Source: Uliginosibacterium gangwonense DSM 18521 (lineage in GTDB: Bacteria; Pseudomonadota; Gammaproteobacteria; Burkholderiales; Rhodocyclaceae). Taken from it: a stretch of 64,000 nucleotides of DNA. Below, in pieces: positions 20,117 to 29,987 of the stretch (positions are counted from its first letter, which is position 1; every line of letters begins with the position of its first letter). The DNA lies in assembly GCF_000373965.1 (NCBI RefSeq), contig NZ_KB892864.1, positions 200,170-264,169 of the forward strand, given 5' to 3'. A model generated the notes under the pieces. That model worked only from the letters and a program-made list of their open reading frames with translations. It ran no database searches and was not told the DNA's origin. The position numbers and the translations under genes were made by a program.

Positions 20117-21507
20117 GATTTCACCCCAGCAATACGCCGCACAGCCGCCACAAACACCTCGGCACGGTGCGCATAATTGCGGAACATGTCCCAACTGGCA
20201 CATGCGGGTGACAGCAATACGGCATCCCCCGCCTGGGCCAGCTCATTGGCGCGGGTAACTGCCTCATCCATGTCTTTAGCATGAACAAACACAGTCTGTG
20301 CATTGGTCGTCTGGGCTTCGATCAAGCCAGCATCGCGGCCAATCAGCACCACCGCACGAGCATGCTTGGCCAATGCGTCACGCAGGGGGGAGAAATCCTG
20401 CCCCTTGCCGTCGCCCCCGGCAATCAGCACAACCGGGCGCCCCAAACCTTGCAGTGCCGCCAGGGTGGCACCGACGTTGGTACCCTTGGAGTCGTCATAA
20501 TAATCGACACCTTCTTCACGCGTGCCAACCCATTCCACCCGGTGGGGAAGCCCCTTGAAATGCTTGAGCGTTTCCAGCATGGCAGCCATCGGCACACCAA
20601 CCGCTTCGCACAGTGCCAATGCAGCCAGGGTATTGGCTACGTTGTGGTCTCCTGCCAGCCGCAATCCCTTGCGTGCCATCAGCGATTTGCTGCCACACAC
20701 CAGCCAGCTCTCGCCCGCGATGTTGCGCACACCGTAGTGCCCGGCTTCGGGCAGATTCAGGCCGAAAGACAAGACCTGCACGCCGGGTTTGGCGGATTTC
20801 GCCATCTCCATGACAGCCAGATCATCCCGATTGAGGACGCGTACCGGCGCACCGTTGAAAACCGCCTCCTTGGCCTTGCCATAGCAAGCCATATCGCCAT
20901 GCCGATCCAGGTGATCGTCAGTCAGGTTCAGCACCGCCGCCGCGTCGGCACGCAGCGCGGCGGTTGTTTCCAACTGGAAACTGGAGAGTTCCAGCACCCA
21001 TACATCTGGCATATGGCCGCTATCGATTCGCGCCATCAATTCCGTAAGTGCGGCGGGTGATATGTTGCCTGCCACGGCGGCATCCAGTCCGGCGCCACGA
21101 ACCAACTCACCTGCCAGCGTGGTGGTGGTGGTCTTGCCGTTGGTGCCGGTGATTGCAATCAGCTTGCATCGACTGCGCAAATCCAGCGCATTGAGTGCAT
21201 CAACAAACAATTCGATCTCGCCAGTCACCCGCAGGCCACGCTGGCGGGCTTGCGCCACAACTGATTCGTTGATCGACACACCTGGGCTGAGGGCCACGGT
21301 TGCCACGCCTTCAAGCAAGGCATCAGCAAATGGCCCGCAGATGACTTCGGCATTCGGGCAATCCTGCCGCAATTGATCCAGCCCTGGCGGCGTGGCACGC
21401 GTATCGGCCACGCGCACGCGTGCGCCCTGGCGGGTGAGCCAGCGCACCATGGCAAGCCCCGATTCACCGAGGCCCAGAACCAGAAATTGTTGATCGGCGT
21501 ACAGCAT
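20113..21507 (-). CDS. murD: UDP-N-acetylmuramoylalanine--D-glutamate ligase
   Basis: 464 aa. Has a MurD-type N-terminus (LVLGLGESG) and the Mur ligase P-loop GTNGKTTTT. Confidence 0.95.
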   Translation of the reverse strand: MLYADQQFLVLGLGESGLAMVRWLTRQGARVRVADTRATPPGLDQLRQDCPNAEVICGPFADALLEGVATVALSPGVSINESVVAQARQRGLRVTGEIELFVDALNALDLRSRCKLIAITGTNGKTTTTTLAGELVRGAGLDAAVAGNISPAALTELMARIDSGHMPDVWVLELSSFQLETTAALRADAAAVLNLTDDHLDRHGDMACYGKAKEAVFNGAPVRVLNRDDLAVMEMAKSAKPGVQVLSFGLNLPEAGHYGVRNIAGESWLVCGSKSLMARKGLRLAGDHNVANTLAALALCEAVGVPMAAMLETLKHFKGLPHRVEWVGTREEGVDYYDDSKGTNVGATLAALQGLGRPVVLIAGGDGKGQDFSPLRDALAKHARAVVLIGRDAGLIEAQTTNAQTVFVHAKDMDEAVTRANELAQAGDAVLLSPACASWDMFRNYAHRAEVFVAAVRRIAGVKS

Positions 21508-21520
21508 TTTTGAATCCTGA

Positions 21521-22609
21521 TCAGCGCAGCTTCAGAGTCGACAACCCAAACAGCACCAACATGATGGTAATGATCCAGAACCGCACCACGACCTGGGTTT
21601 CCTTCCAGCCCCCCAGTTCATAGTGATGGTGCAAAGGCGCCATACGGAAGATGCGCTTGCCCCCAGTCCACTTGAAATATGCCACCTGCAACATCACGGA
21701 CATGGTTTCGGCCACAAATAGCCCACCCATGATGAAGAGCACAATCTCTTGACGCACAATCACCGCAATGGTTCCCAGGGCAGAGCCCAGCGCCAGCGCA
21801 CCCACATCCCCCATGAATACCTCGGCGGGATAGACGTTGAACCATAAGAAGCCCAAACCAGCTCCCGCAATCGCGCCGCAGAATACGGCAAGCTCACCTG
21901 CGCCCGGCACAAACGGCAAGGACAGATAGCGCGAGAAGCCAAAGTGCCCGGCCACGTAGGCAAAGATTGCCAGGGCCGCAGCCACCATCACGGTCGGCAT
22001 GATCGCCAGCCCGTCCAGACCATCCGTGAGGTTCACCGCATGGCTGGTGCCGTTGATCACCAGATAGCTCAGAATCATGAAACCCACTACGCCCAGCGGG
22101 TAGGACACTGTCTTAAAGAATGGCACAATCAGGATGGTCTGCGCCGGGTTGCTTGCGGTGGTGCCCAGGTAAATTGCCGCAGCTGCGGCAATGGCCGAAG
22201 TCCAGAAATACTTCCAGCGACTCGCCAGCCCCTTGGGATCGCGGTACACCACCTTGCGCCAGTCATCCACCCAGCCTACCGCACCAAAACCCAGAGTCAC
22301 CGCCAGCACAACCCACAGGTAACGGTTGGACAGATCTCCCCACAACAAGGTGGTGATGGTGATGGAGATCAGGATCAGCGCGCCGCCCATGGTCGGCGTA
22401 CCCGCCTTGGTCAGATGCGACTTGGGGCCATCGTCACGCACGGCCTGACCGATCTTCTTGGCGGCGAGCCAACGAATCAGCCCAGGGCCGAACACAAAGG
22501 AGATCACCAGCGCAGTCAATGCCGCCAGCATGGTACGCAGAGTAATATAGCCAAAAACATTGAAGGTACGAATGTCCTGACCGAGCCAGAGAGCCAGTTT
22601 GAGCAGCAT
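21521..22609 (-). CDS. mraY: phospho-N-acetylmuramoyl-pentapeptide transferase
   Basis: 362 aa polytopic membrane protein carrying MraY motifs ([15 protein letters not shown]). Confidence 0.95.
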   Translation of the reverse strand: MLLKLALWLGQDIRTFNVFGYITLRTMLAALTALVISFVFGPGLIRWLAAKKIGQAVRDDGPKSHLTKAGTPTMGGALILISITITTLLWGDLSNRYLWVVLAVTLGFGAVGWVDDWRKVVYRDPKGLASRWKYFWTSAIAAAAAIYLGTTASNPAQTILIVPFFKTVSYPLGVVGFMILSYLVINGTSHAVNLTDGLDGLAIMPTVMVAAALAIFAYVAGHFGFSRYLSLPFVPGAGELAVFCGAIAGAGLGFLWFNVYPAEVFMGDVGALALGSALGTIAVIVRQEIVLFIMGGLFVAETMSVMLQVAYFKWTGGKRIFRMAPLHHHYELGGWKETQVVVRFWIITIMLVLFGLSTLKLR

Positions 22610-24012
22610 TATTTATGCCTTGAATAATTGTCGGACGGCAGCGGCAGCGCCAACGCGTCGGCCACCCGTTCCATGCGCATGAAGCGCGAACCTTTTACGA
22701 GCACCACCCGGTCTGGCCCCAGCGCAGGCTCCAACGCCGCCACCAGAGCCTCAACCGAGTCGAAATGCTCCCCCCCCGCTCCAAAATTGTGTGCCGCCAA
22801 GGCGCTGTGCTCACCCAAGGCATACAGCCGGTCGATCCCCTGGCTTTTGGCGTAACCGCCAATTTCGTCGTGATACTGGGCGCTCATCTCACCGATTTCA
22901 CCCATATCCCCCAAAACCAGGATTTTCTGACCGGTCGATGCGGCCAACACATCAATGGCAGCCCGAACGGAATCGGGATTGGCATTATAAGTATCGTCCA
23001 GCACGGTGGCACCCGATTTCGCCTGCCGCACCTGCAAACGCCCCTTGGCGCCAGAGAAATTGTTCAGCCCCTTGGCGATCGCCTCCAGCGAAACGCCCGC
23101 CCCCAATGTGGCCGCAGCGGCCGCAGCGGCATTACGCACATTGTGCTGCCCTGGCACATCCAGCTGAAACTCCGCCTTGCCTTGCTGCGTGTGCAACACC
23201 ACGCGGCTGCCGAAAGGCAGCGCCTGATAGCTGGCCCGCACCTGGGCCGCCGCGTCGAAGCCAAAGCTGATCACCCGCTTGTTCTTGCACAGAGTCTGCC
23301 AATAGCTGCAGTGGGCATCGTCGGCGTTGATGGCCGCAATGCCGTCCGGCCCCAGGGCGGCAAACAACTCGCCCTTTTCCTTGGCCACAGCATCCAGCGC
23401 CCCCATGCCTTCAAGGTGGGCGCGCTGGGCATTGGTCACCACCGCCACGGTTGGCGCGGCCAGCTTGGCCAGATAGGCAATCTCGCCGGGGTGGTTCATC
23501 CCCATTTCAATCACCGCAGCACGGTGATCCGGGCGCAGACGCAGCAGCATCTGCGGCATGCCGATATCATTGTTCAGATTGCCCTGTGTGGCCAGCACCT
23601 GCTCTGGGGCATCCCCCACCCAGGCGCGCAGGATGGCGGCACACATTTCCTTGACTGTGGTCTTGCCGTTGCTACCCGTTACCCCAATCAAGGGCAGCGC
23701 GAAGCGCTTGCGCCAAGCGGAAGCGAGAGTTCCCAGGGCAAGACGCGGGTCTTCCACAGCAATCACCGGCCAAGCTGCTGGCAACGCAAACTCGTTGTGC
23801 TTGCTGACGATGCCGCCAACCGCACCCCGCGCAGCCGCATCGGCCAAAAAGCGGTGGGCATCAAAATTGTCCCCGCGCAAGGCAACGAACAGTTTGCCTG
23901 TCAGATCCTCACGGGTATCCAGCCCGATAGCGGTGTATTCGGTATCCGCTCCGCTGAGTTCAACACCAAGCACCTGGGCTGCTTCACTCAATTTCATCAT
24001 TGTTCGCCCCAT
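22609..24012 (-). CDS. murF: UDP-N-acetylmuramoyl-tripeptide--D-alanyl-D-alanine ligase
   Basis: 467 aa Mur ligase ([10 protein letters not shown]) at the murF position in the cluster. Confidence 0.9.
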   Translation of the reverse strand: MGRTMMKLSEAAQVLGVELSGADTEYTAIGLDTREDLTGKLFVALRGDNFDAHRFLADAAARGAVGGIVSKHNEFALPAAWPVIAVEDPRLALGTLASAWRKRFALPLIGVTGSNGKTTVKEMCAAILRAWVGDAPEQVLATQGNLNNDIGMPQMLLRLRPDHRAAVIEMGMNHPGEIAYLAKLAAPTVAVVTNAQRAHLEGMGALDAVAKEKGELFAALGPDGIAAINADDAHCSYWQTLCKNKRVISFGFDAAAQVRASYQALPFGSRVVLHTQQGKAEFQLDVPGQHNVRNAAAAAAATLGAGVSLEAIAKGLNNFSGAKGRLQVRQAKSGATVLDDTYNANPDSVRAAIDVLAASTGQKILVLGDMGEIGEMSAQYHDEIGGYAKSQGIDRLYALGEHSALAAHNFGAGGEHFDSVEALVAALEPALGPDRVVLVKGSRFMRMERVADALALPLPSDNYSRHK

Positions 24013-25501
24013 GTTTGGCGCGCCAGGCGTTCAAAGCCGCGCTGGCATGTTCTGCATCACTGAAGTGGTGGCGTTTGCCAGCAATTTCCTGATACGTCTC
24101 GTGCCCCTTGCCTGCGATCAGAATCACATCATTGGTATGAGCTTCCATAACCGCACGCTGGATCGCCTCGGCGCGGTCAACCATCCTCTCGGCCTGGGCC
24201 GCGCCCTCTGCCACCTGGGCAATGATGGTCTCGGGATCTTCGCTGCGTGGGTTGTCGCTGGTGATGATCGCCTTGTGTGCCAACCGCACTGCCACCTCGC
24301 CCATCAGCGCACGCTTGCCGGGATCACGATCACCACCACAGCCAAACACGCATGCCAGTTGGCCGTGGCGCGACACCACGGTACTTCGGAGCGCTTTCAG
24401 GGCTTGTTCCAGCGCATCCGGGGTATGAGCATAATCGACCACGATCATGGGCTCACCCACCCCACCCAGGGTCTGCATGCGCCCTTCCGGTGGCGTCAGT
24501 GTCCGGGTTGCTTCGATAGCCTGCTCAAAGCTGACACCGGATTCGAGCAACACGGCAATCACGGCCAACAGGTTGGAAGCATTGAATTGCCCAACCAACC
24601 CCACCGACATTTCGGCCTGTTTTTCACCACACCGCACCACAAAGCGCATGCCATGGGCGGTGGAGCGCAACTGCTCGGCGACAACCACGTATTTGGCTGG
24701 CGCCGCCGAAGCGTTGTCTGGCACCACGGTATAGCCGACCACGTTCAGATCCTTGCCAGCCAGACGACGTGCCTGCACCACCCCCATAAGATCATCAAAA
24801 TTGAGCACGGCAGACTTCAGACCGGGATGATCAAAGAGTTTGGCCTTGGAGGCGGCATAAGCCTCCATGGTATGGTGGTAGTCCAGATGATCCCGTGTCA
24901 GGTTGGTAAACACTGCCACATCCATACGAACCCCGGCCACGCGGCCTTGGTCAAGTCCGATGGAAGAGACTTCCATCGCCACCGCCTGAGCGCCTTCTGC
25001 CAGAAAACGAGCCAGATCCTGCTGTAAGACAATGGCATCCGGGGTTGTATTGGCGGTATCGGCAAGGCGCCCGGGAAAACCGGAGCCAATCGTGCCAATC
25101 ACAGCACAGCCGCGCCCCAGGTTGATGAACGCCCGTGCCACCCATTGGGAAATGGAGGTCTTGCCGTTTGTGCCGGTCACCCCCACCATCCACAGTTGAT
25201 CGGACGGACGACCACAGACCTCGTCGGCGATATCACTCACCAACCAGCGCAGACGATCAACCGGCAGGTTGCTCACCTTGATGCGGGTATCCCACTCAAA
25301 ACCTTCGCGTTCCCACAAAACGGCAGCCGCGCCGCGCTTGACCGCATCCTGAATATACTGGCGCCCATCGCTGGCATGCCCCGGATAGGCCAGAAACACG
25401 TCTCCCGGTTCTACCTTGCGGGAATCAGCACAAACGCGCTGAGGGGTCCCCCCCTCAGCGCGGATCAAGGCCATGATTGCGTTGGCGAGATCGGATGTCA
25501 C
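23984..25501 (-). CDS. murE: UDP-N-acetylmuramoyl-L-alanyl-D-glutamate--2,6-diaminopimelate ligase
   Basis: 505 aa Mur ligase (GVTGTNGKTS) at the murE position. Confidence 0.9.
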   Translation of the reverse strand: MTSDLANAIMALIRAEGGTPQRVCADSRKVEPGDVFLAYPGHASDGRQYIQDAVKRGAAAVLWEREGFEWDTRIKVSNLPVDRLRWLVSDIADEVCGRPSDQLWMVGVTGTNGKTSISQWVARAFINLGRGCAVIGTIGSGFPGRLADTANTTPDAIVLQQDLARFLAEGAQAVAMEVSSIGLDQGRVAGVRMDVAVFTNLTRDHLDYHHTMEAYAASKAKLFDHPGLKSAVLNFDDLMGVVQARRLAGKDLNVVGYTVVPDNASAAPAKYVVVAEQLRSTAHGMRFVVRCGEKQAEMSVGLVGQFNASNLLAVIAVLLESGVSFEQAIEATRTLTPPEGRMQTLGGVGEPMIVVDYAHTPDALEQALKALRSTVVSRHGQLACVFGCGGDRDPGKRALMGEVAVRLAHKAIITSDNPRSEDPETIIAQVAEGAAQAERMVDRAEAIQRAVMEAHTNDVILIAGKGHETYQEIAGKRHHFSDAEHASAALNAWRAKHGANNDEIE

Positions 25502-27234
25502 ATGTTCTCCTTGCTCTTGCCCACACGCGCAACCTGCGTGGGCGCAATCGGGGCATCTGGCGACACACCCATCCAGCGCAATGTAGAACCCATGATCTGC
25601 GAGAACGCAGGCCCTGCCACATCGCCCCCAAAGTGCTGCCCGCCTAGGGGATCATCCAACATGACTGCGACAACCACACGCGGATTTGACATCGGCGCCA
25701 CCCCTACAAAAGAGGCTACGTAGCGGCGCACATAGTGTCCGTTTTCCAGCTTGTAGGCTGTCCCCGTCTTGCCACCCACGCGGTAACCCGGCACGGCCGC
25801 CTTCTGCGCAGTCCCGCCCTCGCCCACCACGGATTCGAGCATGAGGCGCATCTGCTTGACGACCTCGGGGCTGAACACCTGCTTGCCATGCATGGGGGGA
25901 GAATCCACCCGGGTCAGCGACAAGGGGATCAAATCGCCATCCCGTGCAAAAGCCAGATAGGCGTGGGCCAGTTGCACCAGGGTCACCGAAATGCCATGAC
26001 CATAAGACATGGTTGCCTGCTCAATCGGACGCCAGGTTTTGTAGGGCCGCATGCGCCCGCCTACTTCACCGGGGAAGCCCATCTTGAGTGGCTGCCCGAA
26101 GCCCAGGTCGTTATAAAGCTGCCACATCTGCTCTGGCGGGAAAGTCAGAGCAATCTTGGCCGTACCAATGTTGGATGACTTCTGGATCACCTGGGATACC
26201 GTCAGTGCCCCGTGTGCGTGCGAATCCCCGATCGTGGCGCCGTTGATGGTCAGGTGCCCACCGTTGGTGTCGATGATCGTATCCGGGCGATAGCGGTGCG
26301 ACTCCAGCGCCATGCTGATCACAAAGGGCTTCATGATCGAGCCCGGCTCATACGAATCGGTAAACGCCCGGTTACGCACCTGCTCACCCGTGAGCTTCAC
26401 ACGGTTGTTCGGGTTGTAAGTAGGTTCGTTGACCAGGGCCAGGATCTCACCGGTCTTCGCGTCCAGCACCACCGCAGCACCTGCCTTGGCCTTGTTGGCA
26501 TCCACCGCCTGCTTGAGTGCGCTATAGGCCAGATACTGGATTTTGGCATCAAGTGCGAGCGGAACATCCTTGCCGTCCTGGGGCTGGCGGATGGACTCCA
26601 CGTCCTCCACGATCTCGCCACGGCGGTTACGAATCACCCGACGGGAGCCCGGCTGGCCGACCAGTTCGGACTGCAGTGCCAGCTCGATCCCTTCCTGCCC
26701 CTTGTCATCCACATCGGTAAAGCCGATCAGGTGGGATGCCACTTCGCCCACCGGGTAGAAACGGCGGGACTCTTCCTGCTCCTGGATACCGGGCAGTTTC
26801 AGGTTCGCCACACGGGCGGCTTCATCGGGCGGCACTTCGCGCTTCAGGTAGACGAAATCACGCTTGGAAGCCAGACGCTTGCTGATTTCCGCAGGGTTCA
26901 TCCCCAAGGTCTTGGCCAACGCAGCAATCTGGCTGGCATCAAGCTGGGCCATGTCGGTAATGGCGGCAATCGACTTAACCGGCGTGCTGACAGCCAGCAA
27001 CTCACCATGCCGATCTGTCACCTTGCCACGGTTGGCAGGCATCACCAGGGTACGGGCATAGCGGGATTCACCTTTTTGCTGCAGAAAATCCTTGTTGACG
27101 CCTTGCAGGTACATGGCACGGGCACTCAAGACCACCGAGCCCGTCAGCAGGGCAACCAGAACGACGCGTGCCCGCCACTCAGGCAGGCGATCTGAAAGCA
27201 GAGGATTATGGTTGAAGGTATATGCTTTTTTCAT
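25498..27234 (-). CDS. ftsI: peptidoglycan D,D-transpeptidase FtsI (PBP3)
   Basis: 578 aa with an N-terminal TM anchor, a PBP dimerisation domain, and transpeptidase motifs (STIK-like SxxK, SSN, KTGT). Confidence 0.9.
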   Translation of the reverse strand: MKKAYTFNHNPLLSDRLPEWRARVVLVALLTGSVVLSARAMYLQGVNKDFLQQKGESRYARTLVMPANRGKVTDRHGELLAVSTPVKSIAAITDMAQLDASQIAALAKTLGMNPAEISKRLASKRDFVYLKREVPPDEAARVANLKLPGIQEQEESRRFYPVGEVASHLIGFTDVDDKGQEGIELALQSELVGQPGSRRVIRNRRGEIVEDVESIRQPQDGKDVPLALDAKIQYLAYSALKQAVDANKAKAGAAVVLDAKTGEILALVNEPTYNPNNRVKLTGEQVRNRAFTDSYEPGSIMKPFVISMALESHRYRPDTIIDTNGGHLTINGATIGDSHAHGALTVSQVIQKSSNIGTAKIALTFPPEQMWQLYNDLGFGQPLKMGFPGEVGGRMRPYKTWRPIEQATMSYGHGISVTLVQLAHAYLAFARDGDLIPLSLTRVDSPPMHGKQVFSPEVVKQMRLMLESVVGEGGTAQKAAVPGYRVGGKTGTAYKLENGHYVRRYVASFVGVAPMSNPRVVVAVMLDDPLGGQHFGGDVAGPAFSQIMGSTLRWMGVSPDAPIAPTQVARVGKSKENM

Positions 27235-27509
27235 TGCAAGTGCCCCCCAAGAGGCTCAAGCGAAATCTGGTTGTTATGCTCCGGGGGAACCATCTTGAGG
27301 TTCTCCCTTGCAATCTTGTCTACACGTTGCCGGGCGCCAAAGGCCCCGCTCTCCAATTGCAACTGATCCCATTCGACTTTCAGCGCCTGGGTTCTTGCCT
27401 GTTCCTTTTCAATGGCCGTTACCAGTTTGCGCGACTGGTGCTGGGAGGCCACCACTCCCAGGGCACTGGCCAGACATGCCAGAATCAGCACGGCCGTCAG
27501 GCGGGCCAT
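27231..27509 (-). CDS. ftsL: cell division protein FtsL
   Basis: 92 aa with a single TM helix then a coiled coil, sitting between rsmH and ftsI. Confidence 0.85.
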   Translation of the reverse strand: MARLTAVLILACLASALGVVASQHQSRKLVTAIEKEQARTQALKVEWDQLQLESGAFGARQRVDKIARENLKMVPPEHNNQISLEPLGGHLQ

Positions 27510-28468
27510 TACGCATCTCCTGCCAAGGCAGCAAACGGTGCTGCGGTACGTTCGGCCACGCGCATGATGGCGCTGCGTGAACGCGGGTTGGCGGCCACTT
27601 CGGCCGCACTGGGCTTGATTGCATCCCCTACCAGACTCAGCATCGGACGAGGGCGATCCGCCTCACGCACCGGCAAGCCCTTGGGTAGCGCAGGCGGGCG
27701 TGATTGATCGCGCATAAAACGCTTCACGATCCGGTCTTCCAGCGAGTGAAAGGCAATCACCACCAAGCGCCCTCCTGGCACCAATCGCCTTGCTGCCCGT
27801 GGCAGGGTCAGCGAGAGCTCCTCAAGTTCCCGGTTAACGCAAATCCGTAAAGCCTGGAAGGTGCGCGTCGCTGGGTGCAGCCCCGGCTCGCGCGTATAGA
27901 CGACTTTCTCCACGAGCGCGGCAAGTTGTCCAGTGGTTGCGACATCCCCCCCCGCCCGAGCAGCATCAATCGCCTTTGCAATCGCATGAGCAAACCGTTC
28001 TTCACCGTATTCCCTCAGCACAGTTGAAATTTCAGCCACGGTTGCCCGGGCCAGCCATTGCGCGGCGGATTCCCCCCGCGTTGTATCCATGCGCATGTCC
28101 AGCGGCGCATCGAACCTGAAACTCATGCCACGCTCCGGGTCGTCGAGCTGGGGAGAAGACACACCCAGATCCATCAACACCCCGTCGACCGTTTCAATCC
28201 CCAGCGCATCGAGCTGTGCATCAAAGGCCGAAAAAGGCTCGTGCACCAGACTCAGCCGCGAATCCTGCAAGGCACGCCCGGCCTCAATGGCACGCGGATC
28301 ACGGTCAAACGCAATCAGGCGGCCCTGCGGCCCCAGTGCAGCCAAGATGCGGCGGCTATGCCCACCCCGGCCAAAAGTGGCGTCCACATAGACGCCCTCT
28401 GGACGGATCGCCAACGCATCCACGGCTTCATGCAGCAGCACTGTGATGTGATTCAGATTTGCACTCAC
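27509..28468 (-). CDS. rsmH: 16S rRNA (cytosine1402-N4)-methyltransferase RsmH (MraW)
   Basis: 319 aa with an N-terminus of [13 protein letters not shown]...[12 protein letters not shown]. Confidence 0.9.
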   Translation of the reverse strand: MSANLNHITVLLHEAVDALAIRPEGVYVDATFGRGGHSRRILAALGPQGRLIAFDRDPRAIEAGRALQDSRLSLVHEPFSAFDAQLDALGIETVDGVLMDLGVSSPQLDDPERGMSFRFDAPLDMRMDTTRGESAAQWLARATVAEISTVLREYGEERFAHAIAKAIDAARAGGDVATTGQLAALVEKVVYTREPGLHPATRTFQALRICVNRELEELSLTLPRAARRLVPGGRLVVIAFHSLEDRIVKRFMRDQSRPPALPKGLPVREADRPRPMLSLVGDAIKPSAAEVAANPRSRSAIMRVAERTAAPFAALAGDA

Positions 28469-28929
28469 AGCGCCAGATTCTCAAAACCAGCCGGCAGCTC
28501 ACCGCTGGCAAACAATGCCGCCGCATCTGCCTGTTGCTTGAGCCAGGCCGCGTCAGACCACAATTCGAAATGCTTGCCTTGCCCCACCAAACGCACCTGT
28601 TTATCCAGCTTTGCCCATTCCCGCAGTTCGGGGGCAATCAACACCCGCCCGGCTGCGTCCATTTCCTCATCACGTGCATTCCCAACCAGCAGGCGCTTGA
28701 GCGCGGCAGATTGCGGATTCAGCCCCGGTGCAGCCAGCACCTGGTCACGGATGGGTTCCCAATCGGGCAAGGGGTAGACCAGCAGGCAGCCGTGGGGGTG
28801 AGCCGTCACCACCAGATTGCCGCCGCACTGGCTGACCAGGGCGTCACGATGCCGCGCCGGGATCGCCAAGCGACCCTTCGCATCGAGACTCAACGCCGCA
28901 GCGCCCTGGAACATTCGACCTCCACCCAA
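28465..28929 (-). CDS. mraZ: transcriptional regulator MraZ
   Basis: 154 aa with a duplicated MraZ/SpoVT-AbrB fold (GKGRLAIP ... [11 protein letters not shown]). It is the first gene of the dcw operon. The true start may be the M at codon 6 (MFQGAAAL). Confidence 0.9.
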   Translation of the reverse strand: MGGGRMFQGAAALSLDAKGRLAIPARHRDALVSQCGGNLVVTAHPHGCLLVYPLPDWEPIRDQVLAAPGLNPQSAALKRLLVGNARDEEMDAAGRVLIAPELREWAKLDKQVRLVGQGKHFELWSDAAWLKQQADAAALFASGELPAGFENLAL

Positions 28930-28960
28930 TTATTACGATAGTGCTACACCGCACTCGGTA

Positions 28961-29007
28961 CACCACGCTTACCCACTATTATCCATTTTCCACCACTTTG
29001 CACCACT
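28961..29007 (-). promoter_or_regulatory. MraZ-box direct repeats (Pmra operator region) upstream of mraZ
   Basis: On the minus strand, GTGGT/GTGGG-type pentamers recur about every 10 bp: GTGGTGcaaaGTGGTGgaaaaTGGATaatagTGGGTaagcGTGGTG. E. coli MraZ is known to bind spaced TGGGN repeats. Confidence 0.4.
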
Positions 29008-29269
29008 CTAGATAAGAAGATTCCGTGCGTCAAGCAGGCTTTCGTCTGAAAACCAAATAGCCTCAATCACTTAGCAAATACCCCGACAAACGGAAGCTTT
29101 TTCATCTCGCCGTAACACAGGCAAGGGTGGGGCAGATGTTTTTCGGCCCAGGCCAGCGTACCCTTACTGAGCGGACCGCCCAGACAGTCTGTGGACGACG
29201 CAATCGCCCTTCAGACAGGGCATGCGTTAATCAGAATTTGGGGGCAGGAACAAGGCGTAAGAAAACAGA

Positions 29270-29318
29270 ACGCCCCATGGCTACGAACAGGCGTTCGTAG
29301 CCATGGGGCGGACAAAGG
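29270..29318 (-). terminator. rho-independent terminator 3' of rnpB (perfect 18-bp-stem hairpin)
   Basis: The plus strand reads CGCCCCATGGCTACGAAC agg GTTCGTAGCCATGGGGCG. On the minus strand a T-rich run (ttctgttttctt) follows the hairpin. Confidence 0.55.
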
Positions 29319-29325
29319 GACACAA

Positions 29326-29721
29326 AGAATGAGTTGGGAAGCTCGTCGATAAGCCGGGTTCTGTCGCGCACCCTTGCGGATGCGGGGCAGTCATTCCTCT
29401 CGGCGCCACGTTACCATGGAGCTCTAGCAGCCTACCCGGGGGCTCTGCGGGCCGCATCAACGCCCCCCTATTTGGCCTTGCCCCGGATGGGGTTTGCCGT
29501 GCCTGCCCTGTTACCAGGACAGCGGTGGGCTCTTACCCACACCGTTTCACCCTTGCCTGATCTCCTTGCGGAGCCATCGGCGGTTTGCTTTCTGTTGCAC
29601 TTTCCGTCGCCTTGGGTCTTTCGACTTATAGCGCCCGGCTGTTAGCCGGCATCCTGCCCTGCGGGGCCCGGACTTTCCTCGGTGCGCACAAGGCGCAGCG
29701 CGACTGCCTGACGAACTTCCC
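29326..29721 (-). ncRNA. rnpB: RNase P RNA (bacterial type A, M1 RNA)
   Basis: The minus strand aligns to the E. coli M1 RNA universal regions GGAGGAAAGTCCGGGC, AGGGTGAAAcGGTGcGGTAAGAGCgCACC, GCAAGGCCAAATAGGGG and CGACAGAACCCGGCTTATCG. The P1 helix pairs GGGAAGTTCGTC at the 5' end with GACGAGCTTCCC at the 3' end. Confidence 0.92.
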
Positions 29722-29727
29722 GACGCC

Positions 29728-29733
29728 ATTATA
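29728..29733 (-). promoter_or_regulatory. rnpB -10 hexamer (TATAAT), 6 nt upstream of the predicted +1
   Basis: The minus strand reads cccgTATAATggcgtcGGGAAG. The -35 region falls inside the MITE-like repeat. Confidence 0.4.
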
Positions 29734-29744
29734 CGGGTAGTTCT

Positions 29745-29892
29745 GCGAACCTGTTCATAATCTGTAACGAGAGGCCGTCAGCGGGGTGAAGAGCAGCGCA
29801 GAAACCGGAGTTTATGTTTGATAAATGAGGATTTCGAGCAGCACATGAGCCCCGATCACGGCCTCGCAGTAAGATTATGAACAGGTTCTGTG
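29745..29892. repeat. MITE-like repeat element, copy 1 (~148 bp, imperfect ~35-bp terminal inverted repeats GAACCTGTTCATAATCT...)
   Basis: About 90% identical to 41522-41667. The left end is GAACCTGTTCATAATCTGTAACGAGAGGCCGTCAGCGG. The right end is CCGATCACGGCCTCGCAGTAAGATTATGAACAGGTTC, the inverted complement of the left end. Confidence 0.65.
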
Positions 29893-29987
29893 AAATAAGG
29901 TTCCCGATTGCCAACACTGTATTCAGTTTCCGGGCGATTCCGCCGATAATAGGCAGCAGCAGTCATGCACATGTCGCATCTACACCC

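Noticed and set aside
29729-29917. 62-aa minus-strand ORF; also 40933-41739 minus (268 aa)
   Set aside because: Both are read through the two MITE-like repeat copies, hence the near-identical peptides. They are most likely repeat-derived artefacts, not genes. This is noted under the MITE findings in case a small peptide is real.
29877-29987. N-terminal 37 codons of the HD-GYP ORF as given by the track
   Set aside because: The extension runs into the MITE-like element. The conserved protein starts at ATG 29988.
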